Assembly: GCF_001194135.2 (NCBI RefSeq)
Contig: NC_068982.1
Span: 66,744,220-66,776,688 of the forward strand
DNA: 32,469 nt
Direction: 5' to 3'
Source: Octopus bimaculoides
Taxonomy: Eukaryota
Part shown: piece by piece, positions 1-10,311 of the stretch
Layout: every line of letters begins with the position of its first letter
How positions within the stretch are numbered: position 1 is the first letter of the stretch
The notes under the pieces: model-generated
Told to the model about the DNA's origin: nothing
The model's database searches: none
What the model saw: only the letters and a program-made list of their open reading frames with translations
Made by a program: the position numbers and the translations under genes

Positions 1-323
1 GGAATGTAACATGCGCGATAGTCGAGGGATTACTACATACACTTAAAACAATGGGAGACGCCTTTTTGGTAAAAGAAAAATTTTTGGCAAATTTATTAAT
101 TTTTTTCAAACTTTCCCTTTCCCCATTCCTTCTTCATCACCATCATCATCAACAGCAACACTGGTTGCCTGCCAGAAATGGTGGGCAAATGCAGCAATGA
201 CTGAATTGGACAGTATAGCTTGTTCCATTCCTGATGATTGCTGATTTGCAACCCCATTTCTGGCATGAAATGATTTGGTAATTTGGCTGATATAAGACTA
301 TAATGTAGTCTTATATCAGTGTG

Positions 324-326
<3 letters not shown>

Positions 327-357
<31 letters not shown>

Positions 358-377
358 TTCTCTCTCTCTCTCTCTCT
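327..377. repeat. Compound (AC)n-(TC)n microsatellite
   Basis: Direct reading; explains the CVCV/RERE ORFs at 96-519. Confidence 0.95.
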
Positions 378-837
378 TTTTATTTGTCTGGTTAAGATTT
401 GTAAGTATTTCAACCAATTTTATGTTAAGTTGCTTGTACAATTTAATAACTTGTTGCATTAATGCAGAAAGAGATGGGGTTATATTAATGTTTTTTGGAT
501 AAGTGTTTTTGTCCTTCATCAGAGTTATCAGGTGTATCTCTGTATCAGAATATCAGTTACAGTTAGGGTAGATTTTTACCCTTTTTCACCTGTAGTAATT
601 TTAATCAACCCAACAGTATTTCATTAATATAGTTATACTGTCTTGTGTTCTTTCACTAACAACACTAATAGAATCAAATAAAGAAATATACTGGGAACTA
701 CATATATCAGAAACTGTGTAATAAATAATTCCTTGTTCAAAACTGAGTAAAGAAAAAAAAAATGACTCTCTCCAAACATGTAGATATTGCACAATTATCA
801 TTGGACATCTTGTCATGATTCATTTCCATCTCTACAG

Positions 838-987
838 TCACTGTTACTTGCTCACGACGAAATATCAAAAAAGAACTTTGATGAAGTCAACACCTTCCAG
901 CTTGATTCACCTCCTCCTCCAGTATTTTCCTTGGTTGAAGGTTCCATTCGGTTAGTAAGAATAAGGAAGAACAAGAACGAACCACTG
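838..987 (+). CDS. MPP6: MAGUK p55 (MPP2/MPP6-like) exon A: L27 C-terminal end, linker, first PDZ strand
   Basis: tctacag|TCA acceptor and CTG|gtaagt donor; 150 nt, phase 0/0. SLLLAHDEISKKNFDEVNTFQLDSPPPPVFSLVEGSIRLVRIRKNKNEPL resembles the SLLxAHD...IRxxxIxKxxxEPL of MPP2/6. Symbol = closest vertebrate paralog group (MPP2/MPP6), not a proven 1:1 ortholog. Confidence 0.93.
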
Positions 988-1057
988 GTAAGTTTTTAAT
1001 ATGCTTATTTAATTACTGTATTTAATAGTATATATAATGCACTTTTTTCTTAAATTG

Positions 1058-1385
1058 TCATCATCATACATTTTTTTTCTATGCTGGCATGGGTTGGATG
1101 GTTTGACAGGAGCTGACCAGCTGAAGAGCTGCTCAGGCTCCACGTCTGTTTTGGCATGATTTCTATGGTTGGATTCTCTTCCTATTGCCAACCATTTTAC
1201 AGAGTGTACTGGGTGCTTTTATGCAGCACCAGCACAGGTTTATGTGTCACTGGTACTAGTGCTTATTACATAGCACCAGCACACATGAAGCTGTAAGATT
1301 AGGAATGCTCAGCTAGAGAGGGATGCTGGTGATAAGCATGTATGCAAGAGCAACCATGCTTTTACTTTGGCATGTCTTCTCAAGC
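1058..1385 (-). mobile_element. Decayed retroelement 3' end carrying the RTE-type tail
   Basis: Reverse complement has caacccatgccagcatag...atgatgatga, the tail shared with 3645-3788; inner boundary approximate. Confidence 0.75.
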
Positions 1386-2209
1386 ACACAAAAACATTAC
1401 CCCAGGTCCTATATGCGAAGATGTGTATCCCATAAACTTTAATGCACTAAAAACTTTTTCCTGAATATATTCTGCTGCAATAGAGGCGTGTCTAATATGC
1501 CTATGCACCTTTTATGCCATCAAATGTAATAACTTTCTATTGAAAGTGGGATACAAGTGGTCTGAAAGTTTGGCTGGGAATCAAAACCATCAGTAGAAGA
1601 TAGATGACTTCACTCTTATGAACAAATGATGTGAACAGACAATGACAGCTGGTGGGAAAGGAACAATGCTATCTGCTGACAGTGGTAGGGGAAAGCATGA
1701 GAAGTGGTAAGGTTTCACTGATAAGATTACGTAAGATTAAGATAAGGAGTAATTTATCAAATAGCAGATCTGTCTAACCCATTTTAACATGGAAAGACAG
1801 CTATTAAAATATAAAAACTGGTGAGAATTGACACTTAAAATTTTCAGGTTAACTTGAAAATGCATCTGCTTCTTTGAACCAAACCAACTAATTTGTTTTG
1901 AAGTGGAAATCGTACATATTTTCTTGACAGTTTCAGAGAGGATAATTGATAGTCTTAGCTAAAGGAGAAATGCCTAGGGTGATGTGATATAAAATGAATT
2001 ATTGAATCCTAATTAACTGTTACAATTATTTTTCATTACTGTGTAAATTAATCATTGTATATTGTATCAATTTATCTTGTTCAGGAGTTCTTTACCTGGA
2101 ATATAAGGTAGCATTTTGGGGTGTGACATATAGGGATATATATATATATATGTTCTTCATAAAAATAGCTTTATTCTTCTAAGCACTATATACATAGATT
2201 TAACTCTTA

Positions 2210-2362
2210 ATCCTTTTAATTTTGGAGATAATGAAAAATCTAGTAAAATAACCTTACCATTACTAAGCTGGTGGCTTGTTGAATTTAAATCACTTTAGAT
2301 GAGAAAGTTTGTTTGATTGAATCAGGGTTGGTCTCAGGTGAGTTTGTATAAAACAAGTGAAA
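2210..2362. mobile_element. Decayed piggyBac-type MITE (same family as 22956-23141 and 26823-26962)
   Basis: Starts ttaatccttt; ends ggtctcaggtgagtttgtataaaa, matching the ggcctcaggtgggttggtatcaaaaggg end of the 26823 copy. Confidence 0.5.
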
Positions 2363-2400
2363 GAGATTATGACCAAAAATTGTCCTCATTTCATTTGCAG

Positions 2401-3788
2401 ATCAGAACTAGAGGAGAAGTTTCAGGTGTGGAAGCAAGGTCTAGAACTGAAGGGCCTTAGAGTCAACCTAGCTAAAACCAAAATCCTAATAAGTAGGAAG
2501 GTAGATAAAACACAAACCCCTTCAGGTAGATGGCCCTGCTCAGTATGTAGAAAAGGAGTAGGTAGTAACTCTATAAGATGTACCCGGTGCAAGCTATGGA
2601 CACATAAGAGGTGCAGCAACATCAAAGGCAGGTTAACTAGCAAGTTAGTTTTTGTTTGTGGCAGATGTTCAGGTGCAATAAAGACTGCAAACAAACAGGA
2701 AACAACTTCTATCTCATTCCANNNNNNNNNNNNNNNNNNNNNNNNNNNNNNNNNNNNNNNNNNNNNNNNNNNNNNNNNNNNNNNNNNNNNNNNNNNNNNN
2801 NNNNNNNNNNNNNNNNNNNNNNNNNNNNNNNNNNNNNNNNNNNNNNNNNNNNNNNNNNNNNNNNNNNNNNNNNNNNNNNNNNNNNNNNNNNNNNNNNNNN
2901 NNNNNNNNNNNNNNNNNNNNNNNNNNNNNNNNNNNNNNNNNNNNNNNNNNNNNNNNNNNNNNNNNNNNNNNNNNNNNNNNNNNNNNNNNNNNNNNNNNNN
3001 NNNNNNNNNNNNNNNNNNNNNNNNNNNNNNNNNNNNNNNNNNNNNNNNNNNNNNNNNNNNNNNNNNNNNNNNNNNNNNNNNNNNNNNNNNNNNNNNNNNN
3101 NNNNNNNNNNNNNNNNNNNNNNNNNNNNNNNNNNNNNNNNNNNNNNNNNNNNNNNNNNNNNNNNNNNNNNNNNNNNNNNNNNNNNNNNNNNNNNNNNNNN
3201 NNNNNNNNNNNNNNNNNNNNNNNNNNNNNNNNNNNNNNNNNNNNNNNNNNNNNNNNNNNNNNNNNNNNNNNNNNNNNNNNNNNNNNNNNNNNNNNNNNNN
3301 NNNNNNNNNNNNNNNNNNNNNNNNNNNNNNNNNNNNNNNNNNNNNNNNNNNNNNNNNNNNNNNNNNNNNNNNNNNNNNNNNNNNNNNNNNNNNNNNNNNN
3401 NNNNNNNNNNNNNNNNNNNNNNNNNNNNNNNNNNNNNNNNNNNNNNNNNNNNNNNNNNNNNNNNNNNNNNNNNNNNNNNNNNNNNNNNNNNNNNNNNNNN
3501 NNNNNNNNNNNNNNNNNNNNNNNNNNNNNNNNNNNNNNNNNNNNNNNNNNNNNNNNNNNNNNNNNNNNNNNNNNNNNNNNNNNNNNNNNNNNGGCCGTTT
3601 TCGTGCGGGTGACATGTAAAAGCACCCACTACACTCTCTGAGTGGTTGGCGTTAGGAAGGGCATCCAGCTGTAGAAACTCTGCCAAATCAGACTGGAGCC
3701 TGGTGTTGCCATCTGGTTTCACCAGTCCTCAGTCAAATCGTCCAACCCATGCTAGCATGGAAAGCGGACGTTAAACGATGATGATGAT
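2401..3788 (+). mobile_element. 5'-truncated RTE-clade LINE: RT C-terminal part with PHD-like Cys/His finger, assembly gap, 3' tail
   Basis: 2401-2721 reads SELEEKFQVWKQGLELKGLRVNLAKTKILIS (post-YADD RT thumb GLxxNxxKTK), then CSVC...CTRC...H.RC...CGRC with no stops. After the 871-nt N gap comes the tail ending (GAT)n at ~3788. Continuity across the gap is inferred. Confidence 0.85.
2722..3592. other. Assembly gap (871 N)
   Basis: Run of N; all five poly-X ORFs in the track are artefacts of it. Confidence 1.
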
Positions 3789-4144
3789 ATTTGTGTGAAT
3801 CTAGATTTCATTCTCTTTTATCAATCAACATAAAATTTGGGAACCTCTTGAATCCACAGTCAGACCTGCAGGTTGCAATCAGTAAGAAAGTTCTAGGTTT
3901 TGAAGTCACGAATGAGAGGTAGCAACAAAGAAGTCCTTTAGTTTTATGTTCACAACTGTTTACAGATTCTTTTCTAATTTCTTAATTTGTATTTGTATTT
4001 TATGCACTGAATCAAAAGTTCATTTTTGAGTTCAATCAGATCACCCAGAGTACTGTATGTAGTCCAATTTGATCACCTACAGGACTGTATGGAGTTCAAT
4101 TTGAAAAATGTATTAAGTAGTTATTAGAAAATTAAATTTTCATA

Positions 4145-5066
4145 GCCGTGACTGCTGAGGATATGCGTAAGCTCGCAAGGAATGATGCCAGTATGCTACA
4201 ATGGATGTGTAATGTCAGTGTGCATACCCGACAGAGTGTAAGTACCTTGAGAGAAAAGTTGAACCTAAGAAGCATCAGTTGTGGTATGCAAGAGAACCGA
4301 TTACGCTGGTGTGATCATGTGGTGAGAATGGATGAGGATAACTGTGTGAAAATATGCCACACCCTGGCAGTTGAGCTAACCTATGGAAGAGGTAAACCCA
4401 GGAAGACCTGGGATGCGGTGGTGAAGCACGACCTTCGAACATTAGGCCTCACCAAGGCAATCACTAGGGACTGAGACCTTTGCGAAGACCTGTTGATACA
4501 AGGGAAATCAAAATCGAACCAAAATTGACGACTGGCACCCATGCCAACCTCTCCTTCATTGGACACTAAACTCGGCTTGTGAAGACCTGTTGGGGCAAGC
4601 GAAATTGAAATCGTGTTGGCACCTGTACCAGTGGAGCGCTAAGAGCACCGTCTGAGTGTGATCATTGCCAGAGCAGCTGTCTGGCATCTCTGCCAGTGGC
4701 ATGTAAATAGCACCATTTGAGCATGATCGTTACCAGCATCTCCTTACTGGCACTTGTGCCGGTGGCACGTGAAAAGACATTCGAGCGAGGTCATTGCCAG
4801 TGCTGCTGGACTGGCTCCTGTGCAGGTGGCATGTAAAATACACCATTTTGAGCGTGGCCGTTGCCAGTACCACCTAACTGGCCTTCGTGCCGGTGGCACC
4901 CACTACACTCTGATTGGTTGGCGTTAGGAAGGGCATCCAGCTGTAGAAACTCTGCCAAATCAGATGGGAGCCTGGTGTAGCCATCTGGTTCGCCAGTCCA
5001 CAGTCAAATCGTCCAACCCATGCTAGCATGGAAGGTGGACGTTAAATGACGATGGTGATGATGATT
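4145..5066 (+). mobile_element. 5'-truncated RTE LINE: ORF C-terminus, repeat-rich 3' UTR and tail
   Basis: KLARNDASMLQWMCNV...LREKL...ENRLRWCDHVVRMDED...GRGKPRKTWDAVVKHDL matches the RTE LRWxGHVxRM...GRPRKTW C-terminus. 3' UTR has ~65-nt repeats; tail ends gatggtgatgatgat. Confidence 0.92.
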
Positions 5067-5595
5067 ATCGTATAAGATATTACTTTTGCCCGGATTATGA
5101 AAATATTCTTAGATGTGCAGCTTAGAAAATATTGGGAACCACAAATTTAGCTGGAGAATAGGTATTGAACATTTTATTTCTGAGAAAAACAGTGTTACTT
5201 GCTTCAGTTTACCTTTCCAGGGAATAGGTAGGAGAGTTAAAGGTTTTATTCAGTGGGATATTTGTATCTCTTTCATTTAACACAACACAAACTGGTGCTA
5301 AATGGCAGTACTTAAGAATTACAGGGTGTGAGATGAATTAACAAACTTCACCTGAAGACAACAGAACAGTAATTATTGCACAAGTTTGCTATTCAGCTAT
5401 AAACTCTTTTAATCTTAGTTTGAACTTGTTAATATTTAGTCCAAATAATCTTCGTAGACACATCTTCACAAAAGCTAGATTACTTCAGTGTATCTCAGTG
5501 CAGTGGTTATCAATGAAATCTATGAAGATATACTACTATTGTTATCTTAAATATAAAATGGAGCTAAAAAGGAACTTAAAAACAAACTGCATTCA

Positions 5596-5613
5596 TCTCT
5601 CTCTCTCTCTCCT

Positions 5614-5647
<34 letters not shown>

Positions 5648-5665
5648 CTACTCTCTCTTTCTCTC

Positions 5666-5710
<45 letters not shown>

Positions 5711-5743
5711 CTCTATCTCTCNNNNNNNNNNCTCTCTCTATCA

Positions 5744-5785
<42 letters not shown>

Positions 5786-5802
5786 CTCTATCTCTCTCTC
5801 TC
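5596..5802. repeat. (CT)n / (CTAT) compound microsatellite with a 10-N gap (5722-5731)
   Basis: Direct reading; source of the LSLSLS ORF at 5420-5833. Confidence 0.95.
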
Positions 5803-5857
5803 AAAATATGCACTTAAAACAGCATTAGAATGAAATAATGATGTATATAATGTCTGT

Positions 5858-6092
5858 AATGTACATACACATTCACACTTACACTAGCTGTAGTATTTAA
5901 TCTCAGAGAAACTTCTCAAAGAGACTTGTGTATTAAAAAACACAGAGCTTGCTGAGGACGTTGTCAGATCAACACTAATCTTCTGACTATATTCTGAACC
6001 AAGCTCTGTGTCTTTTAACATGCAGTTCTCTTTGAGAAGTGTGTCTGAAGCATATTACACAGCTAGTGCCATTTTACATTTGTATATACATT
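5858..6092. repeat. Long imperfect inverted repeat (foldback), possibly an old MITE
   Basis: Left arm ...cactagctgt...acttctcaaagaga...ttaaaaaacacagagcttg (to 5951) is the reverse complement of caagctctgtgtcttttaa...tctctttgagaagt...acagctagtg...tgtatatacatt (6000-6092). Confidence 0.85.
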
Positions 6093-6477
6093 GTTGTACA
6101 CAGTTATTTTAATACACACACACACAGACACACACTTCTTCATAACTAGGCTTACATATATAAAAGTACTCAGTATTTCAAGAAGTAGTGTGTAGCGTCA
6201 GATTTTTTGGCACTAAATAAAGAATATATTTCTCTCTCATATATGCACAAGTATTTAGACAAATTTCTTGATACCATCAAAATATCTAAAAGAACATTTT
6301 CTTAAATTAAAAGTTATTATATAATTATGTATATATTTAGTTTGTACTTTTCCCCTCTCTATAGATATTTTAATATCTTTGTTTCAATCACGCACAACTC
6401 TGTGTATCATAAAGTACATTCTGAATTAAAAAAAGGTCTCTGTAAAATAGCTGTCATTCCAACCTGTTCTTCTCTAG

Positions 6478-6556
6478 GGTATCATCGTGAAACTTGATGA
6501 GAATAATGAACTTGTTGTATCCAGGATTATGAATGGCAGCTTAATTGCTAAACAAG
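6478..6556 (+). CDS. MPP6: MPP2/6-like exon B: PDZ
   Basis: tctctag|GGT ... CAA G|gtaagt; 79 nt, phase 0/1; GIIVKLDENNELVVSRIMNGSLIAKQ(G), completing EPL|G of the PDZ binding loop. Confidence 0.95.
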
Positions 6557-7265
6557 GTAAGTTACTATATTTTTGGCATGTAAACATTTTTTTCCATAGA
6601 ACCATTATTTTGCTGATGTTTCTATATTTTTGTTAAATGTGTTATTTTTGGCAATATTTTCATAAATATCACCTAGACTGTAAATTCTAAATTGATTTAT
6701 TTCTTGACAGATTTTGTAATTTATCTTTCGAAAATAAATTTGAAATTTACACTTACAAACCTCTATTCTGTTTGCTGATAACATACATCTACCTAAAATA
6801 AATGGTTAGCATATCAGGATTCTAATCTATTTCTTCTTCATGGCTTTTGAGATGGGAGTGCTATATATATATAATATTACATTTATCTTTCTAGTTTCAA
6901 TGTCATTTCTTTATGATAATGTTGATTAAGTTATCTTATGTTAAACTCTGAAGCTGCAATAACTTCATAAACTAGCATATTTTTCATTATTTTTTCCTCT
7001 CTCTTTCCATAAGTGTCCTGCCCATAATGTCAGACCTCATCTCTCTCCCATCACAGCACAACTTATCTATTTCATGAATTTTATTAATAAGTTGACTACT
7101 TTCTTTTACTTTCAGCTTCAATTTTTTTCTTTTCATGAAAGTTTCTACATCCTGATCTGTTTTTTTCTCCACAGATAAGATGTAGAAATCATTCTTGCTT
7201 CTCAAAAATCCAATCCCTTCTGCAAAGTATTACAAATATTAATTTATAGACCCAACACCCACCCC

Positions 7266-7776
7266 ACTTGTCTTCCATTCTGACAGTGAGACCAGATCAG
7301 TGCAGTTTGACTATGTGGGGAAATGTAGATGCAGAGTATACTGTGCAGTTACGTGTGTCTAAGATCTTTACCAACCAAAACAATGTGGCCCTTAATGCAA
7401 TTCCAGTGGAATCAGTTAGGCTTTTTGACATGCTTGCTATAAACAGTTCACATCTTAATGGCTTACAGCAAATTTGACAGAATAGTGGCTCTATAGACTT
7501 CCAACTTGGTATGGTGGCTGAGATCCTTCTTCATGCAGATGTTCACATAAAGTCTACTGAAGTTGACTTTACTGTTCGCAAGTCTGTTATTCGCCTCATC
7601 ATAGATGTGGGTGATTCTCAAGATAGTGCTGACATGAACTTGTTAACAATCAGTTTGATCATTGACCAAGATTACAGGTGTCACATAATCCTTATGGTGA
7701 GCTGGTTGGTACATCTTTGATCTTTTGTGTGCTAATGATGCCAAACTCATTGCAGGTAGGAAATCTATTCATGCAT
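7266..7776 (-). mobile_element. Highly decayed RTE-BovB-like LINE RT C-terminal fragment
   Basis: Minus-strand conceptual translation with stops and frameshifts: NEFGIISTQKI/MYQPAHHKDYVTPVILVNDQ...DEANNRLANSKVNFSRL...TKLEVYRATILSNLL*AIKM*TVYSKHVKK...KLH*SGLTVRMED. Collinear with the BovB-type FGLTISxKKTEVMYQP...RIAKASxAFGRL...TKxKVYRAxVLxxLLYGxExWT...LRWxGHVxRM. Confidence 0.8.
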
Positions 7777-8347
7777 AGTTGTATCTCATAGAGACTCCCT
7801 TGGTGGTTTGAGCTCATTCTTGTTTAAGGGTTTTGTGTCTCAACAGCTCACTTCACTTTCGTCTCGGCTCTTCTACTTTTCAAGAAGTTTAAAATTTATA
7901 TCTATAATGAGTTTATTCTACACAGTGCTCAGGTGTGTTGCAACTTGTCAGAAAAGGGTAAAAACAGGAGAGAAAGCAGACATAGGTAAAGTAAAAAAGA
8001 AGGAAGTAATGTAAGCCAAAAGTATGTGCATAGAACAATAAAACTCAAAAAGACAGACGAGTGAACAGTAAAAGAGCTATAGAGAGGGAAAGGTTCATAG
8101 GCATGTCAGATAATTTCCATATATCAGACCACATCTGTGTTCCATGTTTTAGACATATTAGACCATAAATGGAAAATTTCTTATAGTATTGGCTTTTCGG
8201 TGGTTTGTGACCTCAACAAACACATTTACTTACATTGCTAAGAGTACTTCTAGTGATGTAATGTTTGTAAAAATGAAAATTTGTTTCATATTTTTGACCA
8301 ATAATATTTGGTATGAATTGTAAAATGAATAACTGTTTTATTTGTAG

Positions 8348-8496
8348 GTCTTTTACATGAAGGTGATATTATTAAAGAGTTTAACGGAACAGAAGTCCAT
8401 ACACCAGCCCAGATTATGGATAATATTAAAAATGCTGAAGAGGGTATTTTCTTAACAATCATACCAAACATGCAACGACAATCTTTTCATGAAAGT
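8348..8496 (+). CDS. MPP6: MPP2/6-like exon C: PDZ second half
   Basis: tttgtag|GT ... AGT|gtaagt; 149 nt, phase 1/0; (G)LLHEGDIIKEFNGTEVHTPAQIMDNIKNAEEGIFLTIIPNMQRQSFHES. Confidence 0.95.
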
Positions 8497-8952
8497 GTAA
8501 GTCTATTTCATTTCATATATTAATTAATCTTCATGTCAGATTTTGGTTGTTAAAGGTTTTGACATTTATCACCCAGTACCGGATCAACAATTTTCTTTTA
8601 CTAATTTCACATTCATTTATTTCATTGATTTTATGAAAATGTCACATTGGAAATTTTGTTCAGTTTTCTTTTGAAATTTATTAGCTTTCCTCTTTTCTCC
8701 ATATAAGGATTGTATTTAATCTTTAAGTATATCTAATTATTATTTTCCATGCCAATATGGGTTAGAGTGGTTTGCAAATTTAGATATTTGCATGGATTTC
8801 AAAATGATTGACTGATTCAATATTTTTTGTTTGTCCTCTTTTGTATTTAATGTTTAAATCTGTTTAAATTGTCCCTACTTTGGTTATGTTGAGGAACTGA
8901 GATATTACATGTCTATTCAAAACTTAAATAGCAAGAGAATACATACATGTAA

Positions 8953-9460
8953 TCATCCTCATCATCATTTAATGTCCGTTTTCCATGTTGACATGGGTTG
9001 GACAGTTTGACAGGAGGTGGCAAGCCAGAGAACTGCACCAAGCTCCAATTGTCTGTTTTGGCATGGTTTCTACAGCTGGATGCCCTTCCTAATGTCAACA
9101 ACTTTACAGTGTACTGGGTGCTTTTCACGTGGCATCAGCGCATGTGCTTTTTACATGGTACCAGCAGGGTCATCAAGTACCTTGCAAACCGAGGACCTCT
9201 CAGCAGAGAGAGGAAGTGGAATGGTGAGAAGTGGTAAGAGAGAACAGTGAGAAATGGCAAGAGCTTAGAGGGACAGAGATAGCTGTCTTACTATAGATGA
9301 GATATCTGGCTATCCCAGTAGGACAAAGAAGTGGGAAAGAGAAAGAGAAAGTCAGTGAGAAAGAGAGGGCTTACCCACAGGGAAGAGTGGGGAGTGTATA
9401 AATATTAGAAGGGATAGAAGGGGGTACTCATATCGAGCAGTGCCATCTCCCTAAAGGGAT
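8953..9460 (-). mobile_element. Decayed retroelement with the shared RTE-type 3' tail
   Basis: catcatcatttaatgtccgttttccatgttgacatgggttggac...ggatgcccttcctaatg is the reverse complement of the common tail; right boundary approximate. Confidence 0.75.
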
Positions 9461-10044
9461 TAGTGATTTGTCTATTTTCCTACTTACTAGGACTTTGGCT
9501 TTTATTAAATAAACTCTAAGGCCCTTTGATTCTAGACTTAGCTTTCGCACCTGCAATTTCTAATTCATGTAGTGGCTCGGCTATAATATAAAATGAGCCC
9601 TTTCATTTTGTTAGCAATGACCTTATGTCATGACTATTTCAATAGATTTATTTTATTTTTAAATCTGGAGTGAAGAACTCTGTACCTGCATTCAAATTGA
9701 AAAGAAAAACTGTCTGCTGAAGAAGTCTCCTAAAACCCATATGAAAAAATAATTTAAACCTAAAAACCAATTTGATACTTATGGAATTATATAATAAAAT
9801 TCATTATTTTTCTCAGTTCAGATACACACACACACACACACACACCTTCTTGGTAATATTTATAACAAATGCTCACTCCCTTGCACTCGCAAATTTTTGA
9901 AAGAATAATGAGTTAAGAATTTTTATCTATTTCTGGGAAATTCTAGGTTTTATTTCTATGTAGGCATCAACAGAGAACAACTGTTTGGTAAATACTGATT
10001 TCTTACATAGGCAAAACTAAAATATTGTTTTCATAACACAAGCA

Positions 10045-10262
10045 CATGCATAACTGCATGGTAGGAAGCTTGCTTCCCAACCATGTGCTCTTGGGCTCAG
10101 TCCCACTGCACAGAACCTCAGGCAAATGTCTTGCACTATAGTCCCAGACTGACTAAACTCTTGTGAGTGGATTTCATGCGCACAGCGTTACTACAGATGG
10201 AAACTGAAAGAAGCCTGTCGTGTATGAGTGTGTCATTCACCAACATTTGATAGCTGGTGTTG
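10045..10262 (+). mobile_element. tRNA-derived SINE family B, 5' part (CORE-like box)
   Basis: Head ..ggtaggaagcttgcttcccaaccatgtg..gggctcagtccc, then caggcaaatgtctt..ctatag and gaaactgaaagaagcc; seen in at least 7 places in the window. Confidence 0.75.
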
Positions 10263-10311
10263 TTGTAAGCAACTGAGTGCCAGTTAATGTATGGGGACAT
10301 AAACAAATCAA

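Noticed and set aside
156-277. Possible upstream L27 exon (aacag...ttg|gtaatt, with a QPHF-like word)
   Set aside because: All three frames contain stops, and there is no convincing L27 similarity beyond PHF.
2380-2460. Strong-looking acceptor (ctcatttcatttgcag) at the RTE 5' junction, possible exonisation
   Set aside because: Splicing from phase-0 exon A would be out of frame with the RT/PHD and hit TAG within 20 codons; no good donor, and such motifs are common in AT-rich introns.
2357-3722. Five long ORFs of 303-420 aa
   Set aside because: They are open only because of the 871-N gap; only 2401-2721 is real coding-like (RTE) sequence.
4616-4900. Regularly spaced repeats as a CRISPR-like array
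   Set aside because: Whole units are homologous (no unique spacers), they lie in a LINE 3' UTR, and the context is eukaryotic with no cas genes.
5420-5833. 137-aa ORF, and the other SLSL/RERE/IYIY/CVCV/THTH ORFs elsewhere
   Set aside because: Translations of dinucleotide microsatellites.
6987-7205. 72-aa minus-strand Lys/Glu-rich ORF, faintly like a LINE C-terminus
   Set aside because: No diagnostic motif retained (no LRWxGHV); composition explained by a pyrimidine-rich + strand.
9715-9800. ctgctgaagaag... as a second Penelope/hammerhead motif
   Set aside because: No stem II, no GAAAC at a suitable distance, and no stem I complement.
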